Shown: positions 29,101 to 40,856 of the stretch, piece after piece | Position numbering within the stretch: the first letter of the stretch is position 1 | Layout of the letters: each line of letters starts with the position of its first letter | Origin: Glycera tridactyla | Lineage: Eukaryota | Length of the DNA stretch: 64,000 nt | Reading direction: 5' to 3' | Assembly: GCA_965644265.1 (NCBI GenBank) | Contig: OZ286462.1 | Location: 41,788,001 to 41,852,000, forward strand | The notes under the pieces: generated by a model | The model's database searches: none | What the model saw: only the letters and a program-made list of their open reading frames with translations | What the model was told of the DNA's origin: nothing | Program-made: the position numbers and the translations under genes

Positions 29101-30461
29101 CATCGTATATTGTAGTCAATCTGGCATGTTCACCTGTCTGGTTTCTTTCTTTTCACCGTGAAATCAGGTACAAATTATGTTGAATCTTTGATCAGCCTTT
29201 ATATTATTGAACCAGATTATTTCATGTAAATACCCCAAATATATTTTGAAATTTGAAGTCAGATATATCAATGGAATGGTCGAAACATGCCATCAATTTT
29301 TTCAGTTAAGTTTTTTAGTTAGAAAGATAGTCATTTTAGGTGAGATCATCAGAAAGTGGCTGGAGGGTTAGACTTTAAAAGTAGAAGTCATGTGGAGTAC
29401 TGGGGCTTGACTTATAACTTGCTGTTTAGCTCAATTTGTTATTGACAGTGTGGTTGGACTTGCGCCAAGATGGCCTGAGTAGAAGAAAGATAGCATTGAC
29501 AGTCATGTAACCATCTCATGCTGCTGGCAACTCTTCTCTCCGTCAATGTGTGTCCCCAACTCTCAGGACACAGAAATAGCGAACTGTGAGAGATAGTTGG
29601 TGTGAATCTTGTGATCAGAGATCACCCAAAATGTCAGCAAAAATTGGTCTCTCAGAGGTGTTGGTTTGGTCGCAGGTATGATTGACTATGATCTACAGGA
29701 GTGCTACTCTACATAGATTGCAGTATATTTTTTTCATACCTCGTCATGGTGAATTTCTCAGTGTTCTATCATAATTTTAGCAATAAATCATTGTACCACA
29801 ATTGGCCAAAGGGATATCCTGGATCTGAGAGGCACATAAAGTTGAGAGATGGCGCATACAGCTATACATGATGTGCTCAAATGGCTCATGCAAGTCTGGG
29901 GACTTCGATAAGATAGCATAAACTTGGGCGCATGATATTGTTATGCACCAGTGTACCCACACATTTCCCCAGTCAGTAAATTCTTCGATCGCCATGAGGG
30001 CAGGATATATATAATATGGGCATTCTTATCATTGCTGTCTACTGCTGTGCATCACCACTGCAGAGTTAACAAACGAATTCACGAGGAATTAGGTTAAGGA
30101 CGAGAACGAGATGGCATCCAGGATTCTCCTCCATTGTGCCTTTTCTATCCCATTGAGAAATCATTGTACAGAAAACCGAACTGCATGGCAGGGATTAAAT
30201 TGGAACATATAATTGATGTCAAAGAACCTGACGCCTGCCGGGCTTAGCACACAGACATTCGAGTCGAGTTTTATCCCAATTATCGCTCATATTCTTCGCG
30301 ATGTATTCATCGAGAGTGAGGACAGAAAAGAGCAGATGAATGGCCGGTCTCCACAACGTGACCCAATTCAGAGGGTCGCAGCGAGCTTCTAACGTGTCAG
30401 CTGGCGTGAATGCTGTCCACGCTTTCAGTTTTGGGGTAACGTGATATAGCTGAAATTATTC

Positions 30462-30475
30462 CCACCAGGGGTCGC
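30462..30475 (+). promoter_or_regulatory. CTCF-like motif CCACCAGGGGTCGC
   Basis: 13/14 match to CCACCAGGGGGCGC, inside a CpG-rich intronic patch. Confidence 0.4.
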
Positions 30476-30737
30476 TGCAAGCTTCTTCCGTTTCTTCCTC
30501 GGACTGTTTCTGCTCAATATGATCATTTTAATGACTATTATCTTCACTGAAATGGCATCATCACAAATTTTTCATCAAAGGACTAGATGTTGAGAAACTG
30601 GTGGAAACATCACTCAAAAGAACACTGAGGAAGGAATGGTGAAAGGACTAGATGTGATTTTATCGATGTTTTTTTGCCCTTGTGTGATCTGAGTGACCAT
30701 GGTATCTTGGATATCTACTCATATTCCCCGTAACACA

Positions 30738-30746
<9 letters not shown>

Positions 30747-30811
<65 letters not shown>
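30747..30811. repeat. (CA)n microsatellite
   Basis: Seen directly. Confidence 0.97.
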
Positions 30812-30815
<4 letters not shown>

Positions 30816-33800
30816 TCACACACATGCAAAAAGATGCACTCCTTTTCACACCTGCTTACATCTCCACAGCCATTTCATGCAGCCTTGCACTCATCCCTCA
30901 TTATATTTGTTCTCTGAAGGATATAATAAACCAAGATTCATCTGTGATACTTCAAAAAACAGATTTGAATGGTCATATCAGTTGAATGGCAATATGAGTT
31001 AACTTTCCCACACGTTATGGGACGCCCACACGACAATAAAATAAGCAAATTATTTGCATGTCAACCTAATTCATGTAGTCATACAGTGTATTGAAACTGG
31101 GATAATATAACACATATTGTATATTTCACCGAAAGGAGATCATTTTGAGCCTCGAGTTTTGCTATTCATTCATGTTGCAAGTTTAGGGTGGATCCTTTGT
31201 GTGAGATTTGTGAAGTGCTCCCACTTTTCCCATGGCCATTCTGAATTCAGACACCACCTACAGTAGTGTTCATTGCCTTCCCTTTCATTTCACTTCACTT
31301 AGTGTCATTGGTGCATAAAGACATCATGGCTTACGAGTAACCTGATGATCCCATGCTGTTTTCGGCACAGTTAGCATTCTCCGCCGTGTAGCATTAACTC
31401 GATCGGATTTATTTTGCCAACACTGATGACTTTCCCTGAAAGCCTTCAGTGTCATGTCACTGCGATTCTCGCTCAGTTGGAAACATGATGAGCGGTATAT
31501 ACTGATGAGGTAATTTACTTGTTATTAGTGAGACTCTCTGTGCATGTCTCATTCCCACAAAATACTTTCGCTTCAGTGCAAGACACATTTGAACACTTTT
31601 GTACATGAATACATTTTATGAGAAATATACATTGGCATCTTTTGGTAGTCTAGATAATTGTGTATCAATCTCATGAAAAAAAATCCCAATGATCTTTTGG
31701 TAAGATACAAACGAAAAGATCATTCTCATTCATTTATTTTGAGCATCAGAGATATCATGAACAAGGATGAAAGAATATGTATTAAACCCTTTATTTGCTG
31801 ATCATAGATGTTGCTTATATCATCTTTCTACCACTAGCACTAGATTTGGGTCATTCACATTCATACTCATATACATGATAGAATTATATATGCTGTGCAA
31901 TAGTAACGTGTTAGTTGATTGAATGCTTGCCTGTGGTTTGACATCATTTCTGACTTGTACTTCACATCAATGGAACCTGCTTTGCATTCTGCACACACCA
32001 CTCTCACAGATTCTGAATATGAATGATGGGGGTGTATGAAATCTCGTAAATTGGGGGTGAAAGCGTTTCATACACACCTGCCCCTAAATTATATAACAGA
32101 GTAGAGCCTATATATGACCAACTCAAGTTTATAACTGACTGAGTGCTGATGCTGAAGCCTGAAGACAATGCTCTTTCTGAGGACAGTACTTTTCAACAAC
32201 GCATGATACTCAGAATAATTGAATGTGTCAGATTCAGGATTACATAACCAGTGTTAGGCACCTATTAGACTAAGACTAGAGTGGTAATGGGCATCAATCC
32301 AACTGCTTGTCAGATTATCTGATGGGCATTATCATATTCATTAATGCATTCTCCAGTCCTAAATGCAAGGATTTAATACAGGTGGCATCCTCCTCCTCCA
32401 TCTCATCAGGTAGTCAAGAGGATGCTTGCCTGCATTCAGTGGCTCGCATCTCGCATCACAAATGAGGGATGGATGGTCATCACAACTGACCAGCTGGTGA
32501 ATAATGTGACGCAATCGATGACATCGGGTCATCCCTACCCATTGTTTACGCCCATTGTTGGACCATCATCTCGGTGAATCTGATCATCAATCATTGCTTT
32601 CACTCATCGTCGATATCGCTTCAAGATTACGCAGGTTTGGTTGGCGTAGAGGCTGGTCCATTCAAGATGTCCGCCCCGGGTTGGCTATCAATGTGGGAAT
32701 CTCCCATTTTGGATGCTAGCGTGGAGACCGTTGTAGAAACCCATGTTGATCAGAATTGCCCACCACCAATCCAACAATGTAATTGTTATAAAAGTAATGA
32801 TAATTCAGTTGTATATTCTTCCATAAAGTTCATATATCAAGATAATGTTCCTGTTAATTATGACAAATCAGGTCCATTACTGTATGTTCTCAATGTGAAT
32901 CCATTGATTATTAGGAGCACTTGTTTCAAATTGGCCAATGCACCCATTAAGAGACCATGCATCTTGTGAGAACATGCTCTTTCAATTATGGTGTCTCTCA
33001 TCACAGGCTGTACTGTAGTTGTTGGTCTATGCAAAGCACATGATTAAAACATTGATATCAGTATATACATCAATATCAGCACATACTATAATGTATCAGG
33101 TTAGTGCCAACATAATTGTGAATGCTAGCAAACCTTGGTCTCTATGCTGATCCTGATCATGGATTTCCTGTGTCTAGGGACACTGGGAGAGCAAGTGACG
33201 TAGACTAACTGTAGAGAGTACAGTCATCCTAGATGCCATTGTTACAGGTAACAGACCAAGTCATGATTATTGTTATTATGGATATGATGTGATGCTGTAA
33301 GTTCCCCCTGCTGACAAACTCCGGTACTATGCTGCCAGTGAATCAACCATGGTGAGGAGTCTATTCACTAAATGGCAAAATACAACCTGTGACCATTGCT
33401 GATTTGTATACTGGAATAAAGTAGACCCAAAAGTCCACAAATTTCAGGTAGTAGCCTGGGGTCCCTAATATAAGATTGGAATATTGTACAGATCGAACCA
33501 CAATCACAGACACCACAGCAAGGAAATATCCCCATCCTATTCCTATTCACACTGGTGTCCTGTGATTGGTAGGGGACCAGTGGAGTTTCTGCTCATTATC
33601 ACTCTTTTATTTCACTGGAGAAAAGCAGGAAGAGGACACACTAATACTGCCACAAGACTGTTTAATAAAGGACCATTTATTTTCAGGGATTTCAAATTGA
33701 AAGGCTTTCTTCCACCTGACTCAGATATGTCTGTGATGAGAAACTACATACGTTATCTGACCAGTACATTGAAATCTCGACAAAGAAGCACCTCCATTGC

Positions 33801-35424
33801 AGCTTCTTCAAAGTAGCTTTTCCATTCACCATAAACACTTAGGGCCTAGGCAATAGACCATCTATTTTGGATAAATAATTTCGGTGACATTTCAGGCAAT
33901 CTTTTGTATTCATCATTTGAGCAGAGTTCAGGCACAGATTTCACTTATAAATAAATTGTGATGTTATTCACCAGGTGCATTGGAATTCTCTTTCAACAAA
34001 TGGGAAGATACACAAAATACAGAAATGGGTTAACAATTCTTGTCACTGCAAACAATGCATGGAAGACCCTGCGGTCAGTGTCATCAGAGAGAGGTGTTAG
34101 ATTTCAAGGCTGCTGCTGGTTAAATTTCAAGCATGGCTCGTCAGATTTCATTCCACGCTTGTTAAGTTTCATCCGCGCTATCTATTCATGATGTGCGATG
34201 ACCATGAGGTCGAGTGGCTCGCGTCTTTGTCATCAGGGGTTGACCATCCTGCGTGGGTCAAAGGCGTGATTTATCTGATAGATTTGAAATACCCTGATTC
34301 AAATAGTCGTGGGGATTAGGCGTCCCTGTGGAGCGGACTGACTTGGAATCAGCAGATGGACCATTGTCATGTACACCTACTCAGGTCCTTCAACATTGCC
34401 CATAAATATATCATCTTTCAAATACAGCTTGGGTCCAGCATATTTCACATCTAGACACTTATTAGATATGATCATTTCAAAAACCAACCCAAAATTTAAT
34501 GGAAAATTTTCTATCAGGAAATGTTATGGGACCAAGAAAGATATACTTTCAAGAAATTCTCTCCATTGCCATTCTATCTCAAACCTGATTCACTGATTGA
34601 AGGTACATTTGAAAATGGGTGGGGTACCCCTTGTTGTTTTGGTTTTCTCAGGTATTTATGGCCAGCATTGAAAATCTCATTCGATTCCAAATATCTGCCT
34701 TCTTAATCCATCCCAGCTATTTGATATCTTTATATAGCTATCAACTATCAACAGTGGAATAATTTATTGATTGATTCAGTTGATTACATTTTGAGATGAG
34801 ATGGTTAACATCTCATCCAATTCAGCCTACTTTCGATGTGACCCCAATCCTGAATCTCCCCCCCCCCCCTCATCGCCTTGGTGCTGGCTATGCATTCAGA
34901 ATAATCTTGATATAAGATTAACTATTTCTATCCCAGTTGCATTGAAATTAGAAGATTCAAGATTTCATCACTTCATTGGCTGACTGATTTAGCTGAATCA
35001 GGAAATCAATCACTGCAGGCCATTCCATCAACATCATCGTCCCCGAAATTATACATCATTGAATTCTAGATAGTATTGAAGTTGATGAGCAGCTTTGCGT
35101 AAGAGTTCCAGTTAATCCCCAAGTGCAACGTCACATATAACGTCACAGATAACGTGTTGGCAGATGCTCAAATGCTTATTCCCAAAAGGCAGCTGAGAGT
35201 CGCCAACTATAGACTCTGTAAATCTCATTCATGATATTGTATAAATTCTATGGTGACTGAATCTGAGATGAAATGAGGTCTGCTGCACTTATCTTCCACA
35301 TCACTTCTGCTTGGCTGGATGTTTTCATTCACCAGGATGTTATTGTTGAGACTCAGCTCTTATGTAATATCTACATCCTCGTGGAAGAAGATGTGGTGAT
35401 GAGGGTCACTGGTTGATGCTGAAT

Positions 35425-35620
35425 CATCATCCCTCTCCTTCATCTTCTCTTCCTTCTCCCCGTTCTTTTTCTCTGTCTCCTCTCCCTCTCCCTCTTCCTC
35501 CTCCTCATACTCCTCCACTTCATCTTCCTCTTAATCATCCTCTTCTTGTTCCTCCTTCACCTCCTCCCCTGCTCCCTTTTCCCTCTGTTCATCTATTTGT
35601 CCACGTTCTCTTCCTCCTTT
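35425..35620. repeat. CT-rich low-complexity tract
   Basis: Seen directly. Confidence 0.85.
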
Positions 35621-35872
35621 GTCAGATGAAACCAGAATTATGACAAAATCTCAGACATGATGCATACAAGTGATGTTTTCCATTTTTTTCCATCGGTAAT
35701 TCTGTATCAAGCGTAGATTACCAGTGGACTAAATTTGATATTTGTTATTTTTTCAGTGTTTGAATCAGTTGTGATACATCATACTGAAGTACTTCAACTG
35801 ACAGATTTAAGAGGGTTTTTTACCTGGTGTTTGTTCATGTGGTAATGTAGTTGTGTTGTCGTGTGTTTGTAG

Positions 35873-36085
35873 GACAATCAGATGCTCTACGCGATGCCCC
35901 ATCGAGCACCGGCCCGCACTCCATCATTAGAATGTCACAGTTTGGCCTGCGAGTCGACGGCGCCAGTGACAGGCGCGCAGGCCGGCACCGGTGGCGGCGG
36001 TGGCGTACCACGCGCACCATCCACAACTTCGTCTGGTCACACTAATCATCATTCACATTACCTGGAGAGGACAGCGCCCCCACAG
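35873..36085 (+). CDS. Protocadherin cytoplasmic exon (71 codons, phase 0/0): DNQMLYAMPHRAPARTPSL...HYLERTAPPQ
   Basis: GC/CpG-rich open segment in AT-rich flanks. Acceptor gtgtgtttgtag|GAC, donor CAG|GTGAGA. The 213-nt length keeps frame between the phase-0 donor at 4304 and the phase-0 acceptor at 39582. No transcript evidence available. Confidence 0.72.
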
Positions 36086-36508
36086 GTGAGAATAGACATC
36101 GCTTCGACGACGTGACCGTCTACTTTGACCCACCGCGAGTGGTCCCCTCGTTCAACGTAGCCCTCGGCTGTGTTCCATCCGAGAAGGTTTTATGTTTCCC
36201 ACTTTTACCCCCGAACCCCAATTGAGACACCTCCCTCCTGCTGGGTGAGCTATCTCAATCAGGGTTAAGGAATGACCAGGATATAAATAGATCTGTTGTG
36301 ATGAAACTGGGGCAGAAACTCTGACATCTGGATTGATTGCTTTACCTCAAATCAAACTAGCAGTTCAGTGAAGAACAATATTCAAAAATCAGGACAAATG
36401 TGAAAGTTGCCTTTGTACACAGGTGTTATACTGTGAAAGTACTGTGGTGGAATTAATTATTGTGGGCCTTATAAGAAGGATGAACTTCATGACAGATCCA
36501 GTTATATG

Positions 36509-36650
36509 TATAGTTGAACCTGCTCGAGACCACCTTCATACAAGGACCACCTACCTACATGGGCCACCTTTAGCTGCAACTACAGGCCACAGGGATACAT
36601 TGGTAACTTTTAATGCATTCAGTGATGGTCTCGGTAGACAGGTTTGAATA
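36509..36650. mobile_element. MITE family M1, diverged copy
   Basis: tatagttgaacctg...gagaccacc...ggtctcggtagacaggtttga. Confidence 0.55.
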
Positions 36651-37118
36651 AATCCTTAATATTGAATTACTTGAGTAATACATGGAATGGGCAACTGAAG
36701 ATTTTAGCATCATATGACTTTCGAAGGAATACAAGCATTTTCAGACATTGAAGCTTTTGTGAGATAGAAGTGTCTTCTGTAGGGAAGCATCTCAGAAAGT
36801 CAGCCTGCGTTCAAAATTCACTTAATAGATATCATCAAGAGAAGATAACTTGGAGTGATGCGTCCATTGCGTGATGGCATTCTTTCATCTTAGGTCAATA
36901 TCAACCATAATTAGTTCCTACCTGGGCATAATTGACGGCATTTGGCAGCAGCCGCAGCCCGCAGGCATTCAGCCTGCCATCTGCTGGAGACAATAGCAAC
37001 TAGTATTGTTCACTCCCGCCAAATCTGGCTGACGTGGACGGGCCTCACCCAGTTTGTGAACTACTGCAATTCTCTGACCATACAGAATCACATTAACTCC
37101 TCCCAGCGATGACCAAAG

Positions 37119-37288
37119 TACAGCCGTACCTGTCTACAATGATCACTCTTGGTTGCATTAGAAAGGGGTTTTTCGGGGAAAGGTGGTCTTCATAGGGAAG
37201 TTGTTCCATATAGAAAATACTCCATCAAGGTGGTCTCTTCAGACAGGTGGCCTTTGTATAGAGGTCATCCTGAGCAGGTTTGACCATA
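37119..37288. mobile_element. MITE family M1, diverged copy
   Basis: tacagccgtacctg...aggtggtct repeats...caggtttgaccata. Confidence 0.55.
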
Positions 37289-38019
37289 AATGGTCACAGA
37301 TTATAGATTTGAAATGAATGGTTCCTCATGGAAGATATATTTTCGAGAAATAACAATCAGGTATTTAGGTAGCTCTCAAAATATTATTTTTATCATGGGT
37401 TGTTATTTGTGGTTCACCCAACCTTTCACTTTGTGTGGTCTTTCATCAGGGGCTCACTCCTCACAGGGGTCACAATGAAGCCTACCGTACCAAACACCCC
37501 ACAGAGATCATTCATTATGGGGAATTCATGTTCAGTGAAATGAATCAATATGACCAGATCTGATAGTATGCTTCGAAATGTCAACATCTTTTGAAGCTCA
37601 GTGAACATGATGGGAAAGTTCAGTATTACCCTGTAGCATGAATATATAATGAATCTATCACTGAATTATTGACAGGGGGTGCTGGGGTGGTCATGAAATC
37701 TGATCACCTACAGCATAGAAAAAAATCAATAAATCAGTTTTAAAATCTCTCTCAGACAGCCATCATCTGCTTTCGACAGGATCGTCTCTCATTTTCACGC
37801 TCCAGGATTAAGAAACTTATTCAAATTATGGACATTTCCGGCTTTGTTTCAACATTAGCATGTCAAAATTGGCTGAAAGTAAAGATTAGATATGATTTCT
37901 CTAAAGTTTATGCAGACATCAATTCTTATCACTTTTTACTGGTGTGACTGGTTCCCTGTGTCTCTGATTCAGAAGTGACACCTTGAGTGCATCTGTGAAT
38001 TTCATAATTCTATTGGGAT

Positions 38020-38135
38020 CCAGATTAAAGAGTCTTGAATGATCCCATCTATGCCCAATGCATGTGTGTCTATATAGCCCAGATGGTGCTTATGGGATGT
38101 TAAACGAATGACCAACCAACAAGCCAACTCCATGA
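38020..38135 (+). mobile_element. SINE-like family R2 3' end
   Basis: gagtcttgaatgatccc...atgcccaatgcatg...tatagcccagatggtgct...gttaaa followed by an ACCA-type tail. Confidence 0.6.
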
Positions 38136-39198
38136 TCATTTTACGGTTTTGGCTATTCATTGATCTGAATGTAGGCCTAACTTTGGATATAGCAGTTTTC
38201 GCAATTGACTGCTGGTCTTGAACATCCATAGCCATTTGCCTCAAAATCATCAAATGTACAAAGTATGCAAAATGTGAGAATCTTGAACAATCATAAAATA
38301 ACTCCAAGCGGTATGGAATTTCACAAGCCCTGTTAATTCCTGTTACTCTCCTTTGTAATTTGAGAATGTATGGGTTGTCATGGCAATTGTTATCAAGATG
38401 TCATGACATGCTTTAGTTGAAGGTCACATGTATGCCATGATGGCGGGAGACAAAAGTGGTTACAGTGATGTTGGATGAATATTTGACAGCAATTCTGTGT
38501 GTAATGGATGGGTGCTTGGACACTTTCCAATCGCCACATAGAGTGAACTTTGTCACTCTTTGCTGTAATCGAACATCCCCCTTCATCATCATCCATTCAT
38601 CATGAATGTTGCAAGATGCAGATGTTGGTTCCGCTGAGGCACAAACTGCATCAGTAATTCAGCATCCTTCCCTAATGAGTTGACCACAAACTGTGTGATA
38701 TAATATCAAAATGGTACCATTCCAGAATGTCATGAAAGTGAGTGGATCATTATCATGATTCCCAACATTGAAAATGCACTCCTGTCCATAGGTCATGTGA
38801 AGACAAACCTGTACAAAGCCACCATGCAGAAGAGTGAGAGCATAGCATTGAAAAAAATTCGCCAAATAGGGCTAGGATATAGTTGGATCTGCCCGAAAGA
38901 CCATCTCTGTACACAGGCCACCTGTCTATGAAGCCACTCATAAAGAAGTCTTTTTTAGCTATAATTCACCTTTCTGTAGAGACCACCTGTTAAGGGAGAC
39001 AATCTTTTTAGAGCAACATTTTATACTGGATGTAGTCAAATATATCTCAAATGTTAGACCCTCACTTTCGGGAGACCACTCTTTATTGACATAAGGCTGG
39101 ATCTCTGGTTTTGCTGTACAGATATATACACGACATATCAATAACAGCAACGTAAATATTGGTAATTAGTTATCAGGTACAAAAATTGGGTTATTACT

Positions 39199-39374
39199 TA
39201 CAGCAAATTTTCCCTTGCAAAAAATATATTCTAACATGAGTAGTGACCACCTCCATATAATGACCACCCTGAGCAGCGACCATGGTAGGATTTTCAACAA
39301 TAAAAGACCACCTCCTTATAAAGACCACTTTTTTTATGCGACTGAAGGCAGTCTTTATAGAGAGGTTCGACTAT
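39199..39374. mobile_element. MITE family M1 copy; a further diverged copy lies at ~38878-39120
   Basis: Core gaccacctcc...tgcgactgaaggcagtctttatagagaggttcgactata matches the copies at 13594 and 53815. Confidence 0.65.
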
Positions 39375-39581
39375 ATTTACAACAAACTTCACATTACGGT
39401 TTCATCATTGTAGTATGTGTTGCCAGCAGGAATTGAGTGCAACATTCTTTGTTACTAATACTACCAAATGCAACTTGTGGCAAGTCCACTGAATGTTTCC
39501 ATATTGCTAGTACTAGTAAATCTCTTGCTGTTGATAATAATGACTTCATTGACTCACCACATCTATCTCTCTTTATTTCAG

Positions 39582-39714
39582 AAGTCCAGTCATGCAGCAA
39601 ATGATGGCGATGCAGACAGTAACCACTCGATGTCACTCTCTAATAGCGACAGTGGTCGCGGTTCAAACGAGGACATGGAGTCAAGCGAGAGCAATGCACT
39701 CAATCAAACCAGAG
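39582..39714 (+). CDS. Protocadherin cytoplasmic exon with SDSGRGS (CM1-like) motif, phase 0/1
   Basis: Acceptor ctctctttatttcag|AAG, donor AGAG|GTAGGT. Encodes KSSHAANDGDADSNHSMSLSNSDSGRGSNEDMESSESNALNQTR; the DSGxG motif is typical of non-clustered protocadherin tails. Confidence 0.88.
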
Positions 39715-40329
39715 GTAGGTTGCTGCTATTACCTGTTGTATATGTGTGAGAATGTGTAAGCAAAGCCTTCTAAAACACCCAATTCTGCAAGTCCCATTCT
39801 CGATATATCATGTAAACACTTTCTGGTTTGATGCTTCGAGATGGATACTTTGCAAGCCAAGTAGAGTATTCAGAATTTCGTCAACTTTTTCATAGAATGG
39901 TATCTGCTTGGTCTCATGGTTTCAGGTTTGTGATTCAAAATGACTACAAATCCATGATCATAACTATGACTGCATAGACAAATGTAATATTTTTGTAATG
40001 CTGATTGTCCTGGGGTCGGGTTTGAGATTATGCACCAACTGGCAATTTCCAGGCTCATACTGATTATCTGTGTACTCTCTCGTGTGAGGAAAATATAGTC
40101 TTCAGATATTCTCTGTATAACCAATTTGGATTGAAACTCATCTCTCTCTCAGAATTGTAAGCATCACGTGCATGAAACAAGACCAAAACATCGTTAAATG
40201 TGATTAATAGCAAATGCATCGTTATCTGAATGGATAACATTGTTTACAGCAATCATTGGAAGAATTTATTACGTTTGCATGAAATTTCTCAGTTTCAAGT
40301 GCTATAATGAACTTTTGTTTATGTTTCAG

Positions 40330-40856
40330 ATGAGGTTGTCTTGCGACCACCAAGAACCAGCAGTCACAGAAGTGCAGCGGTACCAAATCTCGTACACAAC
40401 CCCAACAAACGGCGGGATCAACAATCGGTTCAGAATACCCATCCGTTGCCTCCGCGGGGAGAACAATCACATCCACACACAATACGAACTGCATCTGTGA
40501 ATAGCCTCAGCACAAACAGTAGTAATCAATTACCTGCACATTCATACGAGCAATTAAAACACCCGACAGCGCCACCGCATCCACCGCAAAGACAGACCAA
40601 TCCACATATGGATCAACTAAAGCAGGTGCTCAACTCGCGTTCTTCCAGTCCACAGGTGCCAACGATACCACCGAGAGACTTCCCACCAGGTGGCGCTGCC
40701 GGTCACGCTCCGTCTGGATCTCATTGTGATTCGCGATATGGTTCACGTGATCTCAATCCTCGAATCAATCAGAGCTACATGGAGGAGGAGTCCGAAGCAG
40801 ACTGGAGTGACGAGGATAGAGAATATGTTTATTATGTAAATGCAAGTCAAGTGTGA
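40330..40856 (+). CDS. Protocadherin terminal exon (phase 1 to TGA), Pro/Ser-rich, ending ...YVNASQV*
   Basis: Acceptor tttatgtttcag|AT GAG GTT completes the G|AT codon from the previous exon; 133+527=660 nt is divisible by 3. Open frame to TGA at 40854-40856; C-terminal S-Q-V class I PDZ ligand. Confidence 0.88.

Noticed and set aside
32574-32969. 131-aa ORF as a Pcdh exon
   Set aside because: The nearest acceptor is phase 1, there is no good donor, and phase 0 hits a stop.
4305-35872. Additional cadherin variable exons or pseudo-exons in the big intron
   Set aside because: No ORF or fragment with DRE/DxNDN/DxD spacing was seen on either strand; heavily decayed remnants cannot be excluded without tblastn.
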